64,000 bases of DNA from Thermoanaerobaculia bacterium (GTDB lineage Bacteria; Acidobacteriota; Thermoanaerobaculia; Multivoradales; Multivoraceae), in the NCBI GenBank assembly GCA_963664405.1, contig OY761158.1:2112001-2176000 (forward strand). Direction: 5' to 3'. How positions within the stretch are numbered: the first letter of the stretch is position 1; each line of letters begins with the position of its first letter. A model generated the notes under the pieces. The model was not told the DNA's origin. It was given only the letters and a program-made list of their open reading frames with translations, and did not search any database. Of this stretch, positions 1-9,453 are shown in pieces. Both the position numbers and the translations under genes were made by a program.

Positions 1-1
1 G

Positions 2-955
2 CTACGGCGGCAGGTTCTAGCTCCCGACCACCCGAACATTGCCCACAGCCTCGGCACCGTCGCTCGCTGCGCGCTGCGCCGGGGGGACTACCTCACCGCG
101 TACGGCTTCCACAAGGAAGCAGCCGAGACCTACGAGCGTGCCCTGGGGCCAGACAACCCGCGGACGGCGGTCGAGAAGTCCTGGCTGGCCAACGCCGCGG
201 CAGCCTTGGGCCGTTTTGTCGAGGCCCGCGCACTGGTGGAGGCCGCGATCGAAGCAAAGGATGCCCGCTACGGGGCCGAGCATGTCCAGACAGCGGTCTC
301 AGTCAACGATACGTGGCTGTACTTCCCAGGCGTGGTCGACCGCACCGGCGTTCGGGAGCGCCTGGAACAAGCAGTCGCCGTACTGATGGGCGAGCTCGGT
401 GTCGAACATACTTGGCTCTGGTGGGTGCGTCACACCCTGGCCAACGTTCAGGAAGACGTGGGCATGGTCGTTGAAGCCCGCCAGGGCTACGAGAGTGTCC
501 TGCGCTGGCGCGAAGAGGCGGGGTCCCCCGAGTACTCCATTCTCGCCCTGCTGCTGCTGGACCTAGCCAACCTCGAGCGTCGCTCCGGCCGCCTCGATCG
601 AGCCGAAGAGTACTTGGCGCGGGCCCTTATCCTCTACGACGAAGGCGGTCAGGATCCTCGAGAGCACGGGCGAGCTCAGGTTGCGCACGCGACCCTTCTC
701 GCCGCGCACGGTCGAGTGGACGAAGCCGACCAGGTCTTCGCCACGGCCCAAGACTTCTACCAGCGGAGAACCCGCGGACCGCGAACCTATCTGGACATGC
801 GTTACGACGCCGCGTGGTGGGCAGTCCGGGGCGATCGCACCAGGGCCGCCGAGGCCGTCCGAGACCTTTTGGAGATGGGCGTTCACTCCGACTTCCTCAG
901 TCGGCTCCCTGAGCTGCGCGCGCTGTTCAGAGAGCAGGCGCCCAGCCCTGTATGA
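2..955 (+). CDS. TPR-repeat protein, 5'-truncated by the window edge (possibly the C-terminus of a Ser/Thr kinase-TPR protein)
   Basis: The frame is open from base 2: LRRQVLAPDHPNIAHSLG...ERALGPDNPRTA..., kinesin-light-chain-type TPR repeats, continuing into ORF 206..955. Confidence 0.75.
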   Translation, partial: LRRQVLAPDHPNIAHSLGTVARCALRRGDYLTAYGFHKEAAETYERALGPDNPRTAVEKSWLANAAAALGRFVEARALVEAAIEAKDARYGAEHVQTAVSVNDTWLYFPGVVDRTGVRERLEQAVAVLMGELGVEHTWLWWVRHTLANVQEDVGMVVEARQGYESVLRWREEAGSPEYSILALLLLDLANLERRSGRLDRAEEYLARALILYDEGGQDPREHGRAQVAHATLLAAHGRVDEADQVFATAQDFYQRRTRGPRTYLDMRYDAAWWAVRGDRTRAAEAVRDLLEMGVHSDFLSRLPELRALFREQAPSPV

Positions 956-964
956 TGAAAAACC

Positions 965-2581
965 ATGGCGCAGTGCAATGGCTGGGGGGCAGCGGGAGGT
1001 CCGCGGGTCCGGCGGCAAAACTCGGTCGCATCGCAGCTGGCGGCCGCCTTCGCGCTCCTCGCCGTCGCGAGTGCCCAGGGCGAGGATCCCCGGCCTCTCC
1101 TCGACCGGCGACTCACGGCTCAGGGCGCTCTGGTCGGCCAACTGAGGACGGCGGGACAGCTTGCGAGGACGGCTCCAGGGCTTGACGATCAGACTCGCAG
1201 CGAGATCGAGCGGCTGGTCGATGAGGGCACGACATCGATCAAGGCCGGCAGGGACGGAGAGGCCGCTCAGAGCTTCTATCGCGCGCTCGCTCTCGGGCTC
1301 CAACGTCCTTGGAGCGCTCGCGACGACTATGCCCGCTCTCTGGTGCTGCGGCCTCGCGCGACCGTCGCGGACCCTGAAGCCCCGGTCATCGTCGAGCTCG
1401 GCCAGATCTATGACGCGGGCTACCGCACCGAGGGTCTACTCACCGCCCGCGCGAAACTGCGCCGCGACAGCGACCCACCGACCCTGTGGGCGGCGGCCTT
1501 CGAAGGCATCGCCTCCGATCTCACTTACCGGCCCTGGGCCTTCGCCATTCCTGCAGGGGAGCTGGAAGAGGGTAGCTACACCCTCGCTGTAGAGGTCGGG
1601 GACGGCGGCGGAGCGCTACGTACGGTCAAGGCTCCGCTCCACCTCGTGCGCGGCCTGGAGCAGGTGCGTGCGGACTTCGAGCACCGTTTATCGGCGTTCA
1701 ATCCACCCGAGAACGCGCGAGCGAGCGTGCTTCATCCCTTCGATCATGCTGCCCGCATCAATCTCGGCAACGTCCGGCCACGCGGCTTCGACTTCCAGCG
1801 CGCCATCAGCGACAGCGAAGCACTGCTGGAGAGCGTCGAGCGCGACAAGGACCCGCTCACCGGCGTCACCGGCGACCTGCTGCGTCACTACGACTTCACC
1901 GAGGCCGGGGTCATCCTCCCCTACCGTCTGATCGTGCCGGAGAGCTACGACGGCAGTCGGGAGCTGCCGCTGATCATCGCCCTGCACGGCGGCGGCGGCA
2001 ACGAGAACAGCCTGATGATGCGTCCGAGCGGCCTGATGACGTCGCTTGCCAGGCGCCACGGCTATATCGTCGCCTCGCCAAACGGCTACCGTTCCGACGC
2101 CGGCTTCGGCACCATCACCGACGCGCTGCCCTTCGCCGGCCCAGCCCGGGTATTTGCCTCGACCCTCAGCGAGCGCGACGTCTTCAATGTGCTCGAGCGC
2201 GTCGTCGCCGAGTACCGCATCGACCAGGACCGCATCTACGTCATGGGGCACTCGGGAGGCGGAGGTGCCGCCTACCGCTTCGCCTCCGTCTACCCCGACC
2301 GCTGGGCGGCGGTTGCCGCGATCGCGACCCTGAACACACTCGAGGTCCACGAGCTCGAGCCCATGCGTGACGTCCCGGTGCACGTGAGCCACGGCGATGC
2401 GGATCCGGTGGCGCCGGTCGAGACTGCGCGCATGATGGTCGAGCGCATGCGCTCGGTGGGCATCGAATGCGAGTATCGGGAGATCGCTGGCGGCACCCAT
2501 GACCTCGTCGATGCTGGCCTCCCCGAGGTCTTCGAATTCTTCAACATCATCGGCGCCCGCGCCGGCCGTGCCCGGCGCTAG
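965..2581 (+). CDS. Secreted alpha/beta-hydrolase (PHB-depolymerase/peptidase-like esterase) with N-terminal extension
   Basis: Signal-like AAAFALLAVASAQG; PLIIALHGGGG oxyanion motif; DRIYVMGHSGGG nucleophile elbow; HGDADPV acid; GGTH His. Confidence 0.8.
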   Translation: MAQCNGWGAAGGPRVRRQNSVASQLAAAFALLAVASAQGEDPRPLLDRRLTAQGALVGQLRTAGQLARTAPGLDDQTRSEIERLVDEGTTSIKAGRDGEAAQSFYRALALGLQRPWSARDDYARSLVLRPRATVADPEAPVIVELGQIYDAGYRTEGLLTARAKLRRDSDPPTLWAAAFEGIASDLTYRPWAFAIPAGELEEGSYTLAVEVGDGGGALRTVKAPLHLVRGLEQVRADFEHRLSAFNPPENARASVLHPFDHAARINLGNVRPRGFDFQRAISDSEALLESVERDKDPLTGVTGDLLRHYDFTEAGVILPYRLIVPESYDGSRELPLIIALHGGGGNENSLMMRPSGLMTSLARRHGYIVASPNGYRSDAGFGTITDALPFAGPARVFASTLSERDVFNVLERVVAEYRIDQDRIYVMGHSGGGGAAYRFASVYPDRWAAVAAIATLNTLEVHELEPMRDVPVHVSHGDADPVAPVETARMMVERMRSVGIECEYREIAGGTHDLVDAGLPEVFEFFNIIGARAGRARR

Positions 2582-2783
2582 GAGCGTGCGCAGCAGGAAA
2601 CGAAGCTGGGGACTCAGGTGTCTTGGTTCTTGGCGACGACGGCGAGGAAACTCTCTCGTCTGAGGGAGGGGCTCCCGGAGCGAATAGGAAGCTAAGCCCT
2701 AGTGCGCCGTCCTCGGCGCCAGAAAGCAACGAGCCGGGGCGCGCCTAGCGTAGGAAGTGATAGCAATCACTTCCGGAGGCGAG
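2578..2783 (+). repeat. CTAG-bounded intergenic hairpin repeat, family B copy 1 (with internal insertions)
   Basis: Begins CTAGGAGCGTG; core TCCCGGAGCGAATAGGAAG...GTGCGCCGTCCTCGGCGCCA matches 48152-48200 and the reverse complement of 32543-32591; terminal hairpin GGAAGTGAT-agca-ATCACTTCC. Confidence 0.85.
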
Positions 2784-3885
2784 CGCAGACCACGACCCTG
2801 TCGTGGAAGGCGTTGCCCATGATGAACGCCCTTTCGCCCCCGGCGGCTACAAAGGGGGCTGACACCGTGATGGCAGAGATCTCTTCGCCGCCGTTGACGT
2901 AGATCTCGCTCAAGCCGCTGTCTCCCGGCAAGGCGGGATCAACCTCGAGCACCTGGCTCGGTGCGGGTCGGGGCGGACGTCTGCTTCGGGCTATCAACAT
3001 CTTGAAAATCGAGGGCTTGGCGGCAATCAGCAACTTGCCGTCGGGAGCAACCGACAGATTGTCGGGAGAGGAGCCGAGAGCGATCGTCTCCTTCAAGTGC
3101 AGCGTGTTTCTCGAATCGCGCTCATAGATCCGCAGCTTCTTCCCCAGCGCCTCACTGATGTAGATCTCGCTTCCATCCGCACTGGCGGCAATGCCGTTCG
3201 CACCGTCGAGCCTCTCGGCGGCAATGGAGATCCCTTCGCCGCTCGAGAACACCACGGTGGTCAGGCTCCTGGGGAGCAGAATGAAGAGTATCTGCCCCCA
3301 GAAAGTGCGACTGCGCGACGCATAGGGGATATCGCGGTCATTGGTCACGTAAAAGGCCTTGGCGTCCACCGAGACAAGGTCGTTCGGAGAGACGATCAGC
3401 GGATCGCGGATGGTCTCGAGGTGCACGAGGCGACCGTCATCCAGATCGAAAATCTCAACGCTGTCGCCGGCGGCGTTGTGGTTGACGGCGAATAGCCGCG
3501 CGCCGCCATCGTCTAAACGCCGGACATGGATGCCGTGGGGATGAAAATCGGTGAGCCCGACTACCGGCAGACGATCAAAGGCGGCGTCGGCGTCGAAGGC
3601 CTCGGCCAGCCTCAGCAGGTAAATACCGTCAGACGATTCGGCGCCGGTCGACCCCGAGGACATCGCACGGCGATCCGTCGCGCTGACATAGGCAATGCCG
3701 GCTTCATGATCGATCTCGACGTCCTCGGCACCGGTTACGCCGCTGAGCGTTACGCAGCTGCCGGCGAAATGCGGATTGATCTCGCGGAAGGCATTGAGCT
3801 CGAGAAGAACAGCGACAACGCGTACACCCGATAAGATCAGGACAGCGCCAAGGAGAATACCGATGACCTTCGTTGGCTTACGCAT
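2767..3885 (-). CDS. Paraoxonase/arylesterase-like (PON, SMP-30/gluconolactonase) six-bladed beta-propeller lactonase
   Basis: Motifs GAED, FHPHGI, AVNH, PNDL, FYVTND, ANGI, PDNL occur in PON order; N-terminal hydrophobic anchor; start could be 3921. Confidence 0.85.
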   Translation of the reverse strand: MRKPTKVIGILLGAVLILSGVRVVAVLLELNAFREINPHFAGSCVTLSGVTGAEDVEIDHEAGIAYVSATDRRAMSSGSTGAESSDGIYLLRLAEAFDADAAFDRLPVVGLTDFHPHGIHVRRLDDGGARLFAVNHNAAGDSVEIFDLDDGRLVHLETIRDPLIVSPNDLVSVDAKAFYVTNDRDIPYASRSRTFWGQILFILLPRSLTTVVFSSGEGISIAAERLDGANGIAASADGSEIYISEALGKKLRIYERDSRNTLHLKETIALGSSPDNLSVAPDGKLLIAAKPSIFKMLIARSRRPPRPAPSQVLEVDPALPGDSGLSEIYVNGGEEISAITVSAPFVAAGGERAFIMGNAFHDRVVVCARLRK

Positions 3886-3959
3886 CTCGGCCCGGAAATC
3901 CTTGGCTGCACGATACAACACCCATCCACTAGACCAGTGTTTCGAAGGCCGGAGGAACC

Positions 3960-5060
3960 ATGAAGATCGCGAATGTTGAAGCCATCGAGCTCCAGATACC
4001 GTTCAGTCGCGGCGTCGAAGAGAAGAAGACCCCAAGCTTCCTGAATTGGAGCAAACTCGACTTCTGTCTGCTCAAGGTCGAGACCGACACCGGCCTGACC
4101 GGGTGGGGCGATACCTTCTGCTTTCAGGGCCGCCGCGCGGTCGCCGAGGCGGTCAACCACATGATCGCTCCGCGAGTCGTCGGTCGCGACGCCAGAGACG
4201 TGGCACGGATCAACCACGAGCTCCAACAGGGGTTGCATCTCTTCGGGCGCTACGGCCTCACCATGTTCGCGATCTCGGGGCTCGACATCGCACTGTGGGA
4301 CATTGCCGGCAAAGCCGCCGGTCTTCCGCTCTACCAACTGCTCGGCGGGTCGGGGGTAACCCCGGTGCCGGGCTATGCAAGCCTCGTCCGCTACGAAGAT
4401 CCTGATCTTGTCGCCGAACGAGTGCGCCACGCCACGAATCTCGGCTATACCCACATCAAGCTGCACGAGATCGCCGTGCCGGAGATCAGAGCCGGCCGGG
4501 CGACAGCGGGCGACGGCGTACCGATCATGGTCGACACCAACTGCCCCTGGACATTCGAGAAGGCCAAGGAGATGGCGATCGCCTTCTCCGAATACAACCT
4601 CCACTGGCTCGAGGAGCCGATCTTTCCACCGGAGGACTACAGCTCGCTGGCGAGACTCCGACGCGAGACAGGCGTCGCCCTGGCGTCCGGCGAGAACGCG
4701 TGCACCGCCTTCGACTTCAAGCACATGCTGGAGGCCGGAGCCGTCGACTACGCGCAGCCGAGCGTGGCCAAGGTGGGCGGCATCACCGAGTTTCGCAAGG
4801 TCGCCACTCTGTGCGAGACGCACGGTGTACAGATCATGCCGCACTCCCCGTATTTCGGGCCGGGCTTTCTGGCCACTCTTCATCTGGCTCAGGCGCTGCC
4901 GAATCCAGGGCTGATCGAGCGGCTGTTCATCGATCTGGAGGCCGACCTCTACCCCGGCGGGATCTATGACCCGGAGGACGGCCTCTTCGGCGCACCGTCG
5001 GGGCCAGGCCTGGGCGTCGAGCCGGACCCCGACGTCATCAAGACCTACAGAGTCGGCTGA
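3960..5060 (+). CDS. Mandelate racemase/muconate lactonizing enzyme family (enolase superfamily)
   Basis: SGLDIALWDIAGKAAGLPLYQLLGG signature; MVDTN, WLEEP, SGEN metal ligands; RBS GGAGG. Confidence 0.9.
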   Translation: MKIANVEAIELQIPFSRGVEEKKTPSFLNWSKLDFCLLKVETDTGLTGWGDTFCFQGRRAVAEAVNHMIAPRVVGRDARDVARINHELQQGLHLFGRYGLTMFAISGLDIALWDIAGKAAGLPLYQLLGGSGVTPVPGYASLVRYEDPDLVAERVRHATNLGYTHIKLHEIAVPEIRAGRATAGDGVPIMVDTNCPWTFEKAKEMAIAFSEYNLHWLEEPIFPPEDYSSLARLRRETGVALASGENACTAFDFKHMLEAGAVDYAQPSVAKVGGITEFRKVATLCETHGVQIMPHSPYFGPGFLATLHLAQALPNPGLIERLFIDLEADLYPGGIYDPEDGLFGAPSGPGLGVEPDPDVIKTYRVG

Positions 5061-5069
5061 GAGACGGGC

Positions 5070-5948
5070 TCACACCGGCATTTTTCGACCGGAGTGCGCA
5101 CGCCCCACCTCCGCCGTCTCCGGTCGGCCACCGGAGATAACGCGGACACCTTCGTCGATCTTCCACCCCACATTTTCGGGCGTCGCCCCCTCGAGATACG
5201 CGACCCCGTTCGCCCTGCAAGCGCTGAGGACCCGATCACGTATCTCGAGCAGCTGGTCGGGCCAGGGCTCCGGCAGCCACGGGTAACCCAGCGAAAGGCT
5301 CATATCCGCCGGCCCCATCTCGGCCAAGCCGATACCCGGCACCGCCAGGATCTCCTCGATGTGGGGAATGGCAGCCTTCGATTCGATCTTGACCCCCAAC
5401 AAGAGCTCCCCCTCGGGGTTGAGTGGCCAGGGGTCGGCTTTGGCCAGGTACTGGTCTCGGTCTACGCCCCAAATAGCCGTCGTCACCGGCTCCGAGCCCA
5501 CGCCACGCGTACCTTCGCGAAGCACTCCGACTCCGATGCGGTTGATCGGATAGCGACACGACTCGACGAAGGCGGCGACCGCAGCAGCAGACGCGACCTG
5601 GCAGAGCATGATCCCGTGTACACCGCGACCGAGAATCTGGCGAAACTGCCAGGCGTTGTAGCGCACCATCTCCGCGCTCGCACCCTCTACAGGCGCTTCG
5701 ACCATGACCGTTGGCGTGTAGTGACCACTGCGAGTGAGCCCACCCTCGACCAGCCCGCGCATGTAGCCTTCGAGGCCCGCCAAGTCGAAGGCACCATGCT
5801 CCATGCCTACATTGATGTAGTCGGCCCAGGTGGCGGCGTCCTCGACGCCCTGCTCGTGGGTGAGCGTGGCGCCGGCGTGGGCGCCGGTGTAGTACACCGC
5901 TTGGCCCTGGGATAGAAGCTCGATGGTACGGTTGACTCTTCCTCCCAT
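5070..5948 (-). CDS. HpcH/HpaI aldolase/citrate lyase family protein
   Basis: MEHG, VKIES and GPADMSLSLG motifs. Confidence 0.8.
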   Translation of the reverse strand: MGGRVNRTIELLSQGQAVYYTGAHAGATLTHEQGVEDAATWADYINVGMEHGAFDLAGLEGYMRGLVEGGLTRSGHYTPTVMVEAPVEGASAEMVRYNAWQFRQILGRGVHGIMLCQVASAAAVAAFVESCRYPINRIGVGVLREGTRGVGSEPVTTAIWGVDRDQYLAKADPWPLNPEGELLLGVKIESKAAIPHIEEILAVPGIGLAEMGPADMSLSLGYPWLPEPWPDQLLEIRDRVLSACRANGVAYLEGATPENVGWKIDEGVRVISGGRPETAEVGRAHSGRKMPV

Positions 5949-5993
5949 GCCTCAAGCATACGATGCCCCCGACTCGGAAAGGCGGGATTGCCC

Positions 5994-7823
5994 ATGAGAC
6001 TCCACCCACTCCGGCCTCTCGCAAGCGCGCTGCTCGCGCTCGCGGCGAGCGTCGCTTTCGCCGCGCAGCGGCCCAACGTCATCATCGTCATGACCGACGA
6101 TCAGGGCTACCCCGAGCTCTCGGCCCACGGCAATCCGATCCTCGAGACCCCGAGCCTCGACCGATTGCACAACGAGAGCGTGCGCTTCCACGACTTTCAT
6201 GTCGCGCCGATGTGCACACCCACACGCGGCCAACTTCTCACCGGCGTCGATGCGGCGCGAAACGGGGCCATCAACGTGAGCAGTGGCCGCACCCTGCTCC
6301 GTCAAGGCTTTCCCACCATGGCCGATTTTTTCCGCGACAACGGTTACCGGACGGGGATCTTCGGTAAATGGCATCTCGGTGACAACACCCCCTCCCGTCC
6401 GGAGCAGCGCGGCTTCGAGGAGACACTGTGGTTCCCCTCGTCGCACATCAACTCGGTGCCGGACTTCTGGAACAACGACTACTTCGACGACACCTATACC
6501 CGCAACGGAGAGCGGGTGGCCTACAAGGGGTATTGCACCGATGTCTTCTTTCGCGAGGCGATGGCGTGGATGAAAGAACGCGCCGCGGCGAGCGAGCCCT
6601 TCTTTGCCTACATACCGACGAATGCGCCTCACGGACCGTTCTGGGCGCCCGACAACGAGCTGCGGCAAGCGAAACAAGCTCTAGCCGGCGTCGACCTACC
6701 GCAGATGGACTCGACGAATACGAAGCCGGGGTCGTTCGCCGGGTATCTGGCGATGATTCTCAACATCGATAACAATGTCGGCCGGCTGACCGAGTTTCTC
6801 GATGAAACAGGTCTCGCCGAGAACACCATCCTCGTCTTCCTCACCGACAACGGCAGCACCTTCGGACACCTCTACTTCAATGCCGGGATGCGTGGCAAAA
6901 AGACCGAGCTATGGGAGGGGGGCCACCGCGTGCCTCTGTTCATTCGCTGGCCGGGAGGCGGCTTCGGCCAGCCTCGTGATGTCGAGGGGCTGACCCAGGT
7001 CCAGGATCTCCTGCCGACTCTCATCGACCTCGCCGGGCTGGTCACGCCCGCTGCCCCGAAGTTCGACGGCATCAGTCTCGCTCCGGTCCTGCGCGGCCAC
7101 GCCACCGTGCCCGAGGATCGGATGTTGGTGATCAACTACAGTCGCATGCCCTTCGGCTTCGACTATCCATCGCCGGACAGCCCCTCGATCATGCGCAGAG
7201 AAGGCGCCGCGGTGCTATGGAAGCGCTGGCGCTTCGTGGAAGGCCGAGAGTTGTATGACCTCGCCGCCGATCCGATGCAGGAGAGAAACGTCGTAACAGA
7301 GCATCCGCGGGTGGCTGCCCGGATGCGCTCTCATCTCGACTCGTGGTGGTCTCGTGTCGGCGAAGGCGCGAATGAGCCGCAAGCGACAACCATCGGCAGC
7401 GACGCAGAGAATCCGATGATGCTGACCGCTTGCGAATGGTTGGACGTGTTTGTCGATCAGCAGGGCCAGATCCGGCGAGGTGTGCGCAAGAACGGCTACT
7501 GGCACCTCGATGTTGCCGCAGCCGGCACCTACGAGTTAGAGCTGCGCCGGTGGCCTCGCGAGGCAGACACGCCTCTTAGGGCAGGCCTGCCGCCAGTGAC
7601 GCTGACAGCGGGTAGCCGAAACGCAGGGGCCGCACTTCCGATCGCGGCGGCGCGCATCTTGGTCGGCGGCAGCAGCATGGCAAAAGAAGTGAGCCCAGAG
7701 GACCGGTCCGTGACTTTCGAGGTCGAGCTCGAGCCAGGCCCCACCCTGCTGCACACATGGTTCGACGACGAGCATAACGAGCCCATCACGGGCGCATACT
7801 ACGTTTACATCCGGCGGAAATGA
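5994..7823 (+). CDS. Arylsulfatase (Cys-type) with C-terminal extension
   Basis: Signal peptide; PNVIIVMTDDQGY; CTPTRGQLLTG (CxPxR); GKWHLG; TDNG. Confidence 0.93.
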   Translation: MRLHPLRPLASALLALAASVAFAAQRPNVIIVMTDDQGYPELSAHGNPILETPSLDRLHNESVRFHDFHVAPMCTPTRGQLLTGVDAARNGAINVSSGRTLLRQGFPTMADFFRDNGYRTGIFGKWHLGDNTPSRPEQRGFEETLWFPSSHINSVPDFWNNDYFDDTYTRNGERVAYKGYCTDVFFREAMAWMKERAAASEPFFAYIPTNAPHGPFWAPDNELRQAKQALAGVDLPQMDSTNTKPGSFAGYLAMILNIDNNVGRLTEFLDETGLAENTILVFLTDNGSTFGHLYFNAGMRGKKTELWEGGHRVPLFIRWPGGGFGQPRDVEGLTQVQDLLPTLIDLAGLVTPAAPKFDGISLAPVLRGHATVPEDRMLVINYSRMPFGFDYPSPDSPSIMRREGAAVLWKRWRFVEGRELYDLAADPMQERNVVTEHPRVAARMRSHLDSWWSRVGEGANEPQATTIGSDAENPMMLTACEWLDVFVDQQGQIRRGVRKNGYWHLDVAAAGTYELELRRWPREADTPLRAGLPPVTLTAGSRNAGAALPIAAARILVGGSSMAKEVSPEDRSVTFEVELEPGPTLLHTWFDDEHNEPITGAYYVYIRRK

Positions 7824-7860
7824 CCGTCTCACTCCCGCTTGAGTGGCGCGCCCCAGCAAG

Positions 7861-9423
7861 ATGAGCATCCGCAGCCTGGCCGGGTTGATCCGGCACCAAG
7901 CCGAGCAGCGAGCGGACGAGAAGGCCCTCACCTTCGAAGATCAAACCAGGACCTACCGCGAGCTCGACGAACGCTCGAGTCGCCTGGCACAGGCCCTCGA
8001 CGCTCTGGGGGTGGGAGAGCAAGATCGAATCGGCGTCTTGGCGAAGAACACGCCGGAGTACTTCGAGATCCTGTTCGCTGCGGCGAAGCTCAACGCCGTC
8101 ACGGTGGCCATCAACTGGCGGCTGGCACCAGGTGAGATACGCCAGATCCTCGACGACTCTAAGGCGGTGAGCCTGTTCGTCGGCGAGAACTTCACAAAGC
8201 TCGTGGAACCCTTCCGAGACGACCTCTCGCACCTCCGGCAGGTCGTGGTCTTGGACGCCGATCGCCCTGTCGATGACGGCTTCCAGAACCTTCTCGAGCG
8301 CTTCCCTCCACTGGACCCGGGGGTGGAGCCCCGACCAGGGGACGTCTGCTGCCAGATCTACACTTCCGGCACCACGGGTCTTCCCAAGGGCGTGATGCTC
8401 ACCCATGCCGGCGTACTCTCCCAGATCTCCTCCGCCACCCCGGTCACACGATTCACCCCCGAATCGGTCAACCTGGTGGCGATGCCGCTGTTTCACGTAT
8501 CGGGTTGTGGCTGGGGTCTCATGGGCTTCTACAGCGGGTGCCACAACGTGCTTCTCGCGGGTGCGAATCCGGGCGAGATCGTCCGGGCGATCGAGCGCCA
8601 TCGGATCACGCACGCCTTTTTCGTCGTTCCCCTCCTCGAAACTCTGCGACAGGCTGTCGAGAAGGGCAGGGCGGACCTGTCCAGCCTGCGCAGTGTTGCC
8701 TACGGCGCCTCTGCCATCTCCCCAGAGGTCTTGCAACGGGCCCTCGACACCTTCGGGTGCGCCTTCACCCAGGGCTACGGTCTGACCGAGACCAGCGGCG
8801 CCGTCATCTACCTATCTCCCGAAGATCACACTGCCCACGGTTGTCATCCCGAGCGCCTGCGCTCCGCAGGCAAGCCGGCTTCGGGAGTGGAAGTTCGTGT
8901 TGTCGACCCCGGCAGCGGTTCCGACGTAGCCGAGGGGGCGGTAGGAGAGATATGGATCCGCGGACCCCAGAACATGAAGGGCTACTGGAACCAGGCAGAG
9001 GAGACATCCAAGACCCTGACCGAGGACGGGTGGGTACGCAGCGGCGACGCCGGCTACAGCTGCGATGACTACCTTTACCTTCAGGATCGTTTGAAGGACA
9101 TGGTGATCTCCGGCGGCGAGAACATCTACCCGGCAGAGGTGGAGAGGGTGTTGGCGGACCACCCCGCGGTGGGCGAGGTGGCGGTGATCGGCGTGCCCGA
9201 CGAGAAATGGGGCGAGACCATCAAAGCGATGGTCGTAGGCAAGGCCGGCCTCTCTTCCACCGCCACAGAGCTCATTGCCTACTGCCGCGAGAATCTGGCC
9301 CACTACAAGTGTCCAACCTCGGTCGAGCTGGTGGAGAATCTCCCCCGCAATGAGATGGGAAAGATCCTCAAGTCGGAGCTGCGTGAGCGCTTCTGGAAGG
9401 ACCATGAGCGTCGCGTTAACTGA
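7861..9423 (+). CDS. Long-chain fatty acid--CoA ligase (AMP-binding)
   Basis: YTSGTTGLPKG, GYGLTE, SGD, RLKDMVISGGENIYP, GKILK. Confidence 0.93.
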   Translation: MSIRSLAGLIRHQAEQRADEKALTFEDQTRTYRELDERSSRLAQALDALGVGEQDRIGVLAKNTPEYFEILFAAAKLNAVTVAINWRLAPGEIRQILDDSKAVSLFVGENFTKLVEPFRDDLSHLRQVVVLDADRPVDDGFQNLLERFPPLDPGVEPRPGDVCCQIYTSGTTGLPKGVMLTHAGVLSQISSATPVTRFTPESVNLVAMPLFHVSGCGWGLMGFYSGCHNVLLAGANPGEIVRAIERHRITHAFFVVPLLETLRQAVEKGRADLSSLRSVAYGASAISPEVLQRALDTFGCAFTQGYGLTETSGAVIYLSPEDHTAHGCHPERLRSAGKPASGVEVRVVDPGSGSDVAEGAVGEIWIRGPQNMKGYWNQAEETSKTLTEDGWVRSGDAGYSCDDYLYLQDRLKDMVISGGENIYPAEVERVLADHPAVGEVAVIGVPDEKWGETIKAMVVGKAGLSSTATELIAYCRENLAHYKCPTSVELVENLPRNEMGKILKSELRERFWKDHERRVN

Positions 9424-9453
9424 AACAGCGCCGGTGAGCCAACGGAGACAAAT

